A model generated the notes under the pieces. That model did not search any database. It was not told where the DNA came from and saw only the letters and a list, made by a program, of their open reading frames with translations. Positions 17,212-25,165 of a DNA stretch of 64,000 nt are shown here, piece after piece (within the stretch, counting starts at the first letter, position 1; each line of letters opens with the position of its first letter). Source of the DNA: a phage; sequence record PZ357121.2; one strand, written 5' to 3'. The position numbers were made by a program, and so were the translations under genes.

Positions 17212-17499
17212 CTAAAAGAAACTTTTTTCGGTATTTTTTCCACTGAACCAAACCGATTTCGGAATTTTCTGTAATTTTTCAGATTTAAGTTTCTCTTCCT
17301 GTTCTTTCTTATATGCATCCTTGTCGTACCGGAACAACTCTAGGGCATTCTTTTGTAGACGGTCTAAGGTAATTAAGGCTTTAGTTTTTCCTTTCAAGGA
17401 AGAGTCCTGGCGAACCTCCTCGCTATATTGCATCGTAGAACTAACCATACGATGAGCATAGAGTTCGACTGCGGCTTTAATTTTTTGCATAAAATCCAT
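17212..17499 (-). CDS. hypothetical protein
   Basis: ORF track 95 aa. Confidence 0.45.
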   Translation of the reverse strand: MDFMQKIKAAVELYAHRMVSSTMQYSEEVRQDSSLKGKTKALITLDRLQKNALELFRYDKDAYKKEQEEKLKSEKLQKIPKSVWFSGKNTEKSFF

Positions 17500-17637
17500 A
17501 ACATATCCTCTTTGATTTGTACATCATTATTTTTAAATATTTCTATGCCCTCAGTAGGTTCCTGGTGTCCTTATTTGAGGTAAGCCATATGATTATTCAT
17601 CTTTATGGCTTTTGTTACCTCAGAACTTCCTATAAGC

Positions 17638-18639
17638 TTATTTCAGTAAAGTTACTTCAGAGATTTCCTCCCAACCATCTTTGTCAGTTGAAATAAAATC
17701 TGCTACGTAAAGAGCCGTACGTAATGATACATTGCGAAGACGAGATACGTTAGCCTTCATCCAGGACAAGGCTTTATACGTTTCTGCATCTGTCAGACCA
17801 CGTTTCTGCATCATGTCAGTAGATAATATTACATCTTCAACTCGAACCATAATCTCTTCATTAGAGTGTACTCCAAGGTCGAGATACACTGAACGAGATA
17901 CTAAAGCTTGAAGGTGTGGGGCAAGTTTCGAACCGCGTTCTAACTCTTTATCGATATCAACGTTTGTAATGAAAACGATAGTACCTTCAAACTCAAATTC
18001 TTTATCAATACCCTTATCATCGAGATAAGATGACGCAGTGCTCCAGCAAACTTTGCGTTTATCTCCAGTATCTAATGCTGCTTTAAGAAGGTTCAAGATG
18101 TCCATATCTGAGAATACGTCAACGTCGTCGATTAAGAGAACGCTGTCTGCATCACGGTTGAGCCAAAGTTGTTCGTAAAGGCCGATACCAGAGATTTTAC
18201 CATTAATGCTTTTGTATTTGATGAAACCGTTATCATTAGCATTATTAAGTGCTTTATCCAGAGAATACGTCTTACCAATACCAGCTGCACCTGAAATAAT
18301 GAGTGAACGAATTTTACCATCGATAATGCCATTCGTCATCATGTTCATTACTTTAAAGCGTTTGTTGATACGAGTTTTCATATCTTCAGTGCTTTCAACA
18401 ACTGCAACTGGTGATGTCTCAACTCCTTCCATTACGATGTCTGATTTGAAGACCCATACTCCACGTTCAGAACCATCAATCATAACGAAAATTTTACCAT
18501 CACCTAAGTGGGAACATTCAGGATTAAGCTTTGCCGGGAACCAGGTCTTTGTGGCAACATAAGAACCAGAGATTTCGTTATTACGATAGATACCTTTTTT
18601 GATTTGAACGTTGAACATTTTATTCTCCAATTTACTCAT
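17638..18639 (-). CDS. P-loop ATPase (AAA-like)
   Basis: 333 aa; Walker A GAAGIGKT, Walker B VLLIDDVD, sensor-like FITNVD. Confidence 0.65.
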   Translation of the reverse strand: MSKLENKMFNVQIKKGIYRNNEISGSYVATKTWFPAKLNPECSHLGDGKIFVMIDGSERGVWVFKSDIVMEGVETSPVAVVESTEDMKTRINKRFKVMNMMTNGIIDGKIRSLIISGAAGIGKTYSLDKALNNANDNGFIKYKSINGKISGIGLYEQLWLNRDADSVLLIDDVDVFSDMDILNLLKAALDTGDKRKVCWSTASSYLDDKGIDKEFEFEGTIVFITNVDIDKELERGSKLAPHLQALVSRSVYLDLGVHSNEEIMVRVEDVILSTDMMQKRGLTDAETYKALSWMKANVSRLRNVSLRTALYVADFISTDKDGWEEISEVTLLK

Positions 18640-18647
18640 TTCGTTTC

Positions 18648-18684
18648 GATAGGTCTATAGTATCATATCCTAAAAGCATGTACA
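18648..18684 (-). promoter_or_regulatory. early-type promoter (TGTACA...TACTATAGACCTATC)
   Basis: shares the -10/right-arm sequence TATAGACCTATC with the element at 17173-17209. Confidence 0.4.
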
Positions 18685-18714
18685 CTACTTTTTTAAAATA
18701 TTTTAACCCCCTAA

Positions 18715-18735
18715 AGGGACCCGAAGGTCCCCACA
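18715..18735 (-). terminator. terminator-like hairpin GGGACC-TTCG-GGTCCC
   Basis: plus strand gggacccgaaggtcccc immediately 3' of ORF 18737..19018; weak T-run. Confidence 0.4.
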
Positions 18736-18736
18736 T

Positions 18737-19018
18737 TTACTTATCGCACTTAGCAACATAATTAGGCATATCACAGAATACGGAGCGAGTAACTACTCGG
18801 CCCTTTGACCATGCTTCAGTTGCTTGTCCGGCCGTGCTATTAATATAGCTTGATCTAATGTTCTCAATACCCTGAGAATGTGATGCATTTACCGAACCAT
18901 TAGAAGACCCAGAAGACTGGTTACCACCAGCTCCTGCACTACCGCCAGCAGCACCCGTGGTAGCACCAACAGAGAATGCCATCATTACTGCGAATAAACC
19001 AATTACTAATTTTTTCAT
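18737..19018 (-). CDS. hypothetical secreted protein (signal peptide, Gly/Ser-rich linker, 2 Cys)
   Basis: 93 aa; N-terminal MKKLVIGLFAVMMAFSVGA. Confidence 0.5.
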   Translation of the reverse strand: MKKLVIGLFAVMMAFSVGATTGAAGGSAGAGGNQSSGSSNGSVNASHSQGIENIRSSYINSTAGQATEAWSKGRVVTRSVFCDMPNYVAKCDK

Positions 19019-19049
19019 ATTTACCTCAAGTTAATGGTTATTTATCTAC

Positions 19050-20039
19050 TTATTTATAGTAAGAATTATGATTTTCGAGATAGACTTGTTCAAGGAAGTC
19101 ATCCCAGAAACTCATATCTACTTTTTGTTGCATGCCGTTCTTGGCAGCTTGTTCTGATGCTTGTTCAACTTGGTCAACGATATCTTCTAGGAATTCTTGT
19201 ACAGTTTTAAATGTATGTTTACCAAGCTTAACATCGAGAATAAATGGAGCATCCTGAAGTGGGTAAACCAGATCGCCTGTTTTGTAAATTTCCAATAATT
19301 GAAGTCCACCACGACATGCATGACTCAATGCTTTCCAGTCAATACCTTCGTTAGCTTCTGCCTTACGAGCACGTTCACCATAGTTCTCTTCCAGTTTAAC
19401 CAGGATGGCATTGAACTCTTTATTGGTTAATGTGTCTTGGAATTTACGGTCTAACAGATTATAGAATGTTTGCTTACCTGTTTTCTCGTTTTCAGTTTCA
19501 ACCCACGAAGCAAATTCACCTACAGGCAGAACATTCTTCATATGTGATAAACGAATTACTGCACCATTATCAAAGTATTGTCCCCATTCATTAGAACGTT
19601 TAAGGGCTTGACGAAGAACAGCCAGTCGAGAACCCTTGACACCGTATTTAGAAGCTTGCTTACGGACGTACCCTAAATAAGATTTCATGTTAGTGGTATA
19701 GAAACGAGACCTGTTGTCTTGAATATACTTCCATACATCAGGCAAATCAGATTTAACTACTAAACTTGGTGGAGTGTGAAGCATATCTAATGCGACGGTT
19801 TCACCATCTGCAGCTAGTTTAAAGAAATATTTGAGACTATACAACTCATGGTCCACGTCGTCTTTTGTGTTCTTAGAAGATGTGTTATTCGTGTTCTTGC
19901 TCACGTGTTCTTTAACGTTACCGGTCAAGATATCACGAGCATGAGGGACATAAATTTCTTTAAAATCGACGTCGGATTCAGGAGTAGACGTTCCATAAAG
20001 GTGGCTACCAAAGTAGCCTTTCATAATTGTTTTCATCAT
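19050..20039 (-). CDS. predicted nucleotidyltransferase (Pol-beta superfamily fold motif)
   Basis: 329 aa; N-terminal GSHLYGTSTPESDVDF fits the GS-x(9-13)-DxD NTase signature, with a further acidic residue in ETVALD; start overlaps stop of upstream membrane protein (ATGA). Confidence 0.55.
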   Translation of the reverse strand: MMKTIMKGYFGSHLYGTSTPESDVDFKEIYVPHARDILTGNVKEHVSKNTNNTSSKNTKDDVDHELYSLKYFFKLAADGETVALDMLHTPPSLVVKSDLPDVWKYIQDNRSRFYTTNMKSYLGYVRKQASKYGVKGSRLAVLRQALKRSNEWGQYFDNGAVIRLSHMKNVLPVGEFASWVETENEKTGKQTFYNLLDRKFQDTLTNKEFNAILVKLEENYGERARKAEANEGIDWKALSHACRGGLQLLEIYKTGDLVYPLQDAPFILDVKLGKHTFKTVQEFLEDIVDQVEQASEQAAKNGMQQKVDMSFWDDFLEQVYLENHNSYYK

Positions 20040-20509
20040 TTAGCCTTATATTCAAGAGTAGGACAAACTTTTTCTTTACGAGCTTTAAGGTATTCGCCTA
20101 TTAATGATTTCTTACGTTCAATAGGCTCAAGTCCATTTTTAATTCGTTCTTGGTTTTGCGCAATGAGCTCAATTTCTTTATAATATTTTCTGTCGTTATA
20201 TTTGTCTAACAACCAAGACGGACCAATTACCAATCCAGTAGCAATAAAAGCCATGACTGCTACCATTAAAATGCCTACGCCAATTGAGGCCGGAACTAAT
20301 GTCCATAGACTGCTAAAAACAAAGAATCTAGTTAAAATTTCCTGGCCAATGATTGTGACTGCTGCTAAAATCGCAAATCCAATAATTGAAACAGACAATA
20401 CCGGGATTAACGTTTTCCAAAAATAAGCACACAACGTTTTCGGACGATTCCATGTACTATTGAACGCGGCATAAATTTTAAAGTGCCAAGAGTTTTCATT
20501 GATAATCAT
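20036..20509 (-). CDS. hypothetical integral membrane protein (several predicted TM segments)
   Basis: 157 aa; hydrophobic segments LIPVLSVSIIGFAILAAVTIIG and LVPASIGVGILMVAVMAFIATGLVIG. Confidence 0.55.
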   Translation of the reverse strand: MIINENSWHFKIYAAFNSTWNRPKTLCAYFWKTLIPVLSVSIIGFAILAAVTIIGQEILTRFFVFSSLWTLVPASIGVGILMVAVMAFIATGLVIGPSWLLDKYNDRKYYKEIELIAQNQERIKNGLEPIERKKSLIGEYLKARKEKVCPTLEYKAK

Positions 20510-20518
20510 AATAATTCC

Positions 20519-21049
20519 TTATTTCAAAGTTGGGATAATAGAATCGAGATAAGCTTTAAGAGCAACTGCTTCATCTTTGTCTAATGTAATGATATGTTGA
20601 CGAAGGTCATCAATTTGGCGAATAACTACGACATCACCGTCTTCATAAGAAGGATTAACGCCTAGGACTGTTGTATAGTCAGGGCGGTCCTGATTTGTAA
20701 TAAAAGCATTACGGCATTTAGCCCATTGAAGCTTGGCCTTTTTGGCAGTTTCAGATTCTATGAATTCTTTCACCTTAGTGACGAATGTTTTCCAATTATT
20801 GATAGAAAGGCATTCATCTTCTGTTTCGATATTAACCCCACTATAAAGACCGTGATAAAAACGAACTTGAAGGTCTTCATCAATGTTAATTACAGATGCA
20901 TGTCCCGGTGGATTGAGTTTCAAAATCTTGTCCAGTTCCATAGGAAGAATAGTAGCAGCATCATCTTCTTGTGTCAGAACATACACATAACCACGTTTTT
21001 CGATACATAAATCACCAAACAACTCGGTTGTTTCAATTACAGTTTTCAT
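20519..21049 (-). CDS. hypothetical protein
   Basis: ORF track 20519..21061; ATG at 21049 (MKTVIETT) gives 176 aa. Confidence 0.5.
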   Translation of the reverse strand: MKTVIETTELFGDLCIEKRGYVYVLTQEDDAATILPMELDKILKLNPPGHASVINIDEDLQVRFYHGLYSGVNIETEDECLSINNWKTFVTKVKEFIESETAKKAKLQWAKCRNAFITNQDRPDYTTVLGVNPSYEDGDVVVIRQIDDLRQHIITLDKDEAVALKAYLDSIIPTLK

Positions 21050-21056
21050 ATTATTC

Positions 21057-21230
21057 ACCAATTAAAGTTTCAACAAAATTCACCAAAGCATTCTGGCAAA
21101 CATCAACCTGATTTTCATAAAAGTCTTCGTTATCATTTACTGCATGATAAGCTACATCATTTAAATCTGAATCAGCTTCACGTAAGTCATGGATAAGGTC
21201 CATCAATTTATTAGCTTGTTCACGGGTCAT
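21057..21230 (-). CDS. hypothetical 57-aa acidic protein (below ORF-track cutoff)
   Basis: hand translation MTREQANKLMDLIHDLREADSDLNDVAYHAVNDNEDFYENQVDVCQNALVNFVETLIGE. Confidence 0.35.
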
Positions 21231-21337
21231 TTTACCATACTCGTTTCAATAAGATTCACTATGCCATTTACCATGTTATAAGTAAACATCGGATAATTGT
21301 ATTGTACTACAACATAAGAGATAAGCAAAAGTTTCAT
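21227..21337 (-). CDS. hypothetical 36-aa hydrophobic peptide, first ORF after promoter
   Basis: MKLLLISYVVVQYNYPMFTYNMVNGIVNLIETSMVK; GGAG Shine-Dalgarno; stop overlaps next start (ATGA). Confidence 0.25.
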   Translation of the reverse strand: MKLLLISYVVVQYNYPMFTYNMVNGIVNLIETSMVK

Positions 21338-21356
21338 TTTGTTCTCCGTTTGTTTT

Positions 21357-21395
21357 GATAGGACTACTATAACATAGTCCTATCAAGATGTAAAC
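21357..21395 (-). promoter_or_regulatory. hairpin-embedded early promoter, family A (GTTTAC, 10-bp arms GATAGGACTA/TAGTCCTATC flanking TGTTATAG)
   Basis: minus strand GTTTACATCTTGATAGGACTATGTTATAGTAGTCCTATC; same hairpin at 31346, 32641, 39733 (arms perfect in 3 of 4 copies). Confidence 0.6.
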
Positions 21396-21604
21396 TACCG
21401 ATTGTGTTTTAAATGTTGATAAAGTTCTTCAACTTGTTTAGGGTCCAAAACAATTAAGTCATTTTCTTGACGAAGATAAATCCATCCCTTATCCCCAGGG
21501 CCATTTTTACAAAACATCACCGTCGTCATATCGTCATCTTCAGCGCTTTCAGGTAAAAGTTCAAGTACACCGTCTTCAGATTTTCCAGTATAATCGTAAA
21601 GCAT
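21395..21604 (-). CDS. hypothetical acidic protein
   Basis: ORF track 21395..21631; ATG at 21604 with GAGGA upstream gives 69 aa. Confidence 0.45.
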   Translation of the reverse strand: MLYDYTGKSEDGVLELLPESAEDDDMTTVMFCKNGPGDKGWIYLRQENDLIVLDPKQVEELYQHLKHNR

Positions 21605-21611
21605 AATATCC

Positions 21612-21791
21612 TCACATAATCTCGTTAACATACATTTGCAATTCGGTGTGGGCTTCAGCCATCTTTTTCATAGCTCTGTTAATGTCGATGTCTCCATCTT
21701 CGCAACCATGAGCATTTTCCCAATCAGATACCGCATTAGCGTACTCTTCAATCAAAAACATTAACTTTGAAATCTTTTCTTTACGCGTCAT
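21612..21791 (-). CDS. hypothetical protein
   Basis: ORF track 21612..21860; ATG at 21791 (MTRKEKISK) sits downstream of promoter and GAGGAG, 59 aa. Confidence 0.45.
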   Translation of the reverse strand: MTRKEKISKLMFLIEEYANAVSDWENAHGCEDGDIDINRAMKKMAEAHTELQMYVNEIM

Positions 21792-21797
21792 AATGTT

Positions 21798-21847
21798 CTC
21801 CTCTAGTAAGTAAGGACTACTATAACACAACCTGAGGAGAAGTAAAC
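21798..21847 (-). promoter_or_regulatory. early-type promoter inside a long hairpin whose 3' arm is the Shine-Dalgarno (CTCCTC...GAGGAG)
   Basis: minus strand GTTTACTTCTCCTCAGGTTGTGTTATAGTAGTCCTTACTTACTAGAGGAGAACATTATG. Confidence 0.5.
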
Positions 21848-21860
21848 TGATAGATGCCAA

Positions 21861-21890
21861 AAAGCCCCAACCATAAGGAAGGGGCTAGTA
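21861..21890 (-). terminator. rho-independent terminator after rI (AGCCCC...GGGGCT hairpin then T5)
   Basis: plus strand aaaaagccccaaccataaggaaggggct; same hairpin type at 36606-36634. Confidence 0.6.
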
Positions 21891-21892
21891 AA

Positions 21893-22195
21893 TTAGATAG
21901 ATGTAGGCTCTAATTTTATTTTCATGAACTCAGCAAATTGTCTGGCAGTTTTTATGCCTTGTTCATGACATTCAAATGCATCATCACAGGGGCTATTTTT
22001 GTAATGCTTTGCCATATACTTATAGAATTTTTCAGAATTCTCGACATTTTGAATTTCAAACAAAGTATATACGTTTTTAATCCCTGATTCCATAAAGTTA
22101 TCAAAATATGGGTCGATATATGCAGTACCAACGATAGGAGTTGTTGCTGCAAAAAACCCCAGCATCGCCATGACAGCTATCGCTCTTAAGGCCAT
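21893..22195 (-). CDS. rI: lysis inhibition regulator rI (antiholin-like, signal-anchor N-terminus)
   Basis: 100 aa; similarity to my recollection of T4 RI (AMLG...DPYFDNFMESGIKNVY...PCDDAFEC...FMKIKLE). Confidence 0.8.
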   Translation of the reverse strand: MALRAIAVMAMLGFFAATTPIVGTAYIDPYFDNFMESGIKNVYTLFEIQNVENSEKFYKYMAKHYKNSPCDDAFECHEQGIKTARQFAEFMKIKLEPTSI

Positions 22196-22207
22196 ATAGG
22201 CCTCCTG

Positions 22208-22420
22208 TTAATTTTGGCCAGTATTTATTTTTCGCCTTTGGACGGCCTTAACATCTGTGAGGTATTTTTCCAGCTTGCGCTTGCGTGTATAATCAGCTTT
22301 AGAACCAGTTTGACGGATATCCTCGTTTAAATGAGAAATAGAATGACCTAATTCTCTTCGGATTTCATCCAATTGGGTTACAGTAAGATTACGAAGTTGT
22401 CTTTCGTTTAATTGCTGCAT
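22208..22420 (-). CDS. hypothetical protein (rI.1 position)
   Basis: ORF track 70 aa. Confidence 0.5.
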   Translation of the reverse strand: MQQLNERQLRNLTVTQLDEIRRELGHSISHLNEDIRQTGSKADYTRKRKLEKYLTDVKAVQRRKINTGQN

Positions 22421-22447
22421 ATATACCTCTTGGTTAGATATTAGTAT

Positions 22448-23029
22448 TTATAACAACCCTGTCAAATCGTTCCAATGCTTCCGGCATAATGACACATATC
22501 TATCGGTATCACCAATTTCAATTTGACTGCCATCTGTAATTGGAAGTCCGTCTTCCGTGACTCTAGCTACCATTGTGGCCTTTTTACCACAATGACAGAC
22601 ACCTTTAAGTTCAACAAGCTTATCGGCAATAGCCATTAATGCTTGAGAACCTTCAAATAGATTACCTTTAAAATCTGTTCGTAGTCCATATGCCATTACC
22701 GGCACATTGTATACGTCAACAATACGACTAAGTTGATACACCTTTTCAGTAGTTAAGAACTGAGCTTCATCAACAAATACACAGTGAATATCCTTTTGTG
22801 CTGCAGCCCATTTATAGAATTCAAAGATATCCATGTCTTTTGTAATTATATTGGCATCCTGACGAATACCAATACGAGAGACTATTTCACCTTTTGAATC
22901 ACGAGTATCAATAGCCGGTTTAAGAACTAATACACCCATGCCACGTTCTTTATAGTTATGTGCGGCAGTAAGTAATGAAGCAGACTTACCAGCGTTCATA
23001 GCGGCATATGTAAAAATTAAACTAGCCAT
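22448..23029 (-). CDS. tk: thymidine kinase
   Basis: 193 aa; P-loop AAMNAGKSASLL; zinc-binding C-terminal CHCGKKA...SLCRKH. Confidence 0.9.
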   Translation of the reverse strand: MASLIFTYAAMNAGKSASLLTAAHNYKERGMGVLVLKPAIDTRDSKGEIVSRIGIRQDANIITKDMDIFEFYKWAAAQKDIHCVFVDEAQFLTTEKVYQLSRIVDVYNVPVMAYGLRTDFKGNLFEGSQALMAIADKLVELKGVCHCGKKATMVARVTEDGLPITDGSQIEIGDTDRYVSLCRKHWNDLTGLL

Positions 23030-23037
23030 AAGAGTCC

Positions 23038-23223
23038 TTATTCGGTAATTCGTTCTAAATAATCATCCAATGCTTTTTGAGCATCTTCCAATTCTTGTGT
23101 TGCAAGTTGTTTTGCCAGTTTAGACGAGAAATACGATGAATGTTCCCATTCATAAGCTTGTTCTGCTAACCGTATTTCATTAGACAAATAAATTATTTCT
23201 TCTTTCTGTTGGCGAGTAATCAT
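23038..23223 (-). CDS. hypothetical protein
   Basis: ORF track 61 aa. Confidence 0.45.
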   Translation of the reverse strand: MITRQQKEEIIYLSNEIRLAEQAYEWEHSSYFSSKLAKQLATQELEDAQKALDDYLERITE

Positions 23224-23402
23224 AACGAATTCACATAGTTAATGAGTTCTTGCTCTTTCCTGTCAAATGATTCCATCAATGCTTGATATTCTTCGTCTGA
23301 TAACGGGGCGTATTCGTCGTATGTGGCTGTACCCGCCTGCTCATCCAAAAGGTCGTGAATGAGTTCAAATAATTTAGCTTTTTCTTCTTTAGTCAATTTC
23401 AT
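23220..23402 (-). CDS. hypothetical acidic protein
   Basis: ORF track 60 aa. Confidence 0.45.
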   Translation of the reverse strand: MKLTKEEKAKLFELIHDLLDEQAGTATYDEYAPLSDEEYQALMESFDRKEQELINYVNSL

Positions 23403-23605
23403 TTAGGTTCGCCTTCTTTAACGAAATCTGGATAAGGGCAAAATCCTGAGTAAAACCCTTCACCTTTATGATTGTTACAACCCTTGTTCGAGCAATAGCA
23501 CCAATAATCAAAATCACAAGCCATTTCGTCATTGCATAGAGCAAATACTACAGGCCATTCGCACTTTTCGCATTTAGCGCCTAGAAGAATTTTTGTTTGA
23601 CTCAT
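23399..23605 (-). CDS. hypothetical Cys-rich small protein
   Basis: ORF track 23399..23626; ATG at 23605 gives 68 aa; 12 Cys. Confidence 0.45.
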   Translation of the reverse strand: MSQTKILLGAKCEKCEWPVVFALCNDEMACDFDYWCYCSNKGCNNHKGEGFYSGFCPYPDFVKEGEPK

Positions 23606-23814
23606 AACCACGTCACCTGCATGCAATATTCTTCGACATGCTTTTTACGACCTTTCTTATCGATAAAGGTGTATTCCATAAAGCGGCCATGATAACGACG
23701 TTCAACATCATGTGGGGTATTAATAGGACACTTAGTCTGGCGAATTTCTTCCCATTCACGAATAATGACTGCTTTATTCTTCGGGTCATACGGGTGAGGA
23801 TAATGTACATTCAT
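23602..23814 (-). CDS. hypothetical protein
   Basis: ORF track 23602..23829; ATG at 23814 gives 70 aa. Confidence 0.45.
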   Translation of the reverse strand: MNVHYPHPYDPKNKAVIIREWEEIRQTKCPINTPHDVERRYHGRFMEYTFIDKKGRKKHVEEYCMQVTWL

Positions 23815-24308
23815 AACAATGGTTCCCAATCAACAATCACAATTTCTAGTTTAGTGGAATACGTATCAAGAATTTCTTCAATGATATCCCAGTTTCCACC
23901 ACCTATACCTGCACCAATTCTCGGCATATAAATCACAGGCTTTGTTATTTTATTCTTTCCGAATTCATTTAATTCTATTATACAATTCATTAAAGCATAG
24001 TACTCGAAATTAGGTCCCGGCTCAAACTGTGTATAAAGATTAAAGCAATAAGCTTTATGGGTCTTAAAATATTTTTCATAAACCGAATAAGTCCCGAGTT
24101 TAGTCTCATCACCGAATTCGGTTTGAAGTTTATCTGCTTCTAAAATTTTTGGATAAGCCTTTGCTAATTGTCCTGCTACACCGGAACCCATTGTATGAAA
24201 ACAATTACACCCATGAGCAATATTATTACCTTTAGAAAACAGGGCGACAATATCGCCCTTGATATAGTTTTTAATCACTTGCTGCAAGTCCTCTATTATA
24301 AGAGTCAA
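23811..24308 (-). CDS. macro-domain-like protein (putative ADP-ribose binding/processing)
   Basis: 165 aa; NIAHGCNCFHTMGSGVAGQL resembles the macro NAAN...GGGV motif and PVIYMPRIGAGIGGG the second glycine-rich loop; motif-level only. Confidence 0.45.
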   Translation of the reverse strand: MTLIIEDLQQVIKNYIKGDIVALFSKGNNIAHGCNCFHTMGSGVAGQLAKAYPKILEADKLQTEFGDETKLGTYSVYEKYFKTHKAYCFNLYTQFEPGPNFEYYALMNCIIELNEFGKNKITKPVIYMPRIGAGIGGGNWDIIEEILDTYSTKLEIVIVDWEPLL

Positions 24309-24618
24309 CTAGACGGTCCACCATAGAATTGCATGCTGCCTTATCTTTAGGTTCCGCCACCGAGCATTCTAATATTTGCCATTTTTTATAGTATCTTTTA
24401 ATTAAGGTAGACGCCTTGAACCTACTAGACGCCCCATCTTTTTCTCCGTCTTTATACGCATATAACAATTTTTGTGAAAAATCTACTTTACACTCTTGAC
24501 TTTTACCACAATAATCAGACGCCGTTCTGTTTGTATACTCCGTTACATCAGTATATGTAGTATTAGCAAGAGCGCTAAATGAAACCAAGCCAACTATTAA
24601 AGCCAACATTTTGGTCAT
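24271..24618 (-). CDS. hypothetical secreted protein (signal peptide, 4 Cys)
   Basis: 115 aa; N-terminal MTKMLALIVGLVSFSALA. Confidence 0.5.
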   Translation of the reverse strand: MTKMLALIVGLVSFSALANTTYTDVTEYTNRTASDYCGKSQECKVDFSQKLLYAYKDGEKDGASSRFKASTLIKRYYKKWQILECSVAEPKDKAACNSMVDRLVDSYNRGLAASD

Positions 24619-25157
24619 TCTTTTATTTCCAGTAGTTTATTTGATTTAAGGTAATTAGCCTTTTCTAGGACTTCAGAAGCATATTTACTTCCAGCACTTG
24701 TCTTCCATCCCGCATTATATGAGGATATAGCTTTTCTTATATCCCCATTATGTATATTTAACCAATAAGAAAATTCGATATAAGCCCATCTGGCTGAATT
24801 AGACCGCTTAGATAGCATTTTCTTAATTTGGGCATCAGTCATATTATAACCAAGTTGGTTAATTCTTGCCCTCATTGTTGGTAGATAATTTTGGAACATT
24901 CCATACGCATGGTGACCTTTCTTATCTTTAAGATTAATACCGGCAGATGATTCCTGCCATAGTATTGCGGCCATTATGTATCCAAGTCCTTTCTTATGCA
25001 TATTTTCATGCGTTTTAAATTTTCCGTCCTTAGAAAACTGTTCCCCAAACTGATAAGCATAATTCAAGTTATCGAGTTGGACATTACTAAAAGTATGCTC
25101 GGAGCTATGTGCTGATAATGAAAGAGCAAATAGACCAGCGAGTAGTGCTTTTCTCAT
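24615..25157 (-). CDS. secreted lytic transglycosylase-like protein (SLT domain)
   Basis: 180 aa; signal peptide MRKALLAGLFALSLSAHS; AILWQESS...AYGMFQ resembles the SLT catalytic Glu-Ser and GLMQ motifs. Confidence 0.5.
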   Translation of the reverse strand: MRKALLAGLFALSLSAHSSEHTFSNVQLDNLNYAYQFGEQFSKDGKFKTHENMHKKGLGYIMAAILWQESSAGINLKDKKGHHAYGMFQNYLPTMRARINQLGYNMTDAQIKKMLSKRSNSARWAYIEFSYWLNIHNGDIRKAISSYNAGWKTSAGSKYASEVLEKANYLKSNKLLEIKE

Positions 25158-25165
25158 GTTTACCT

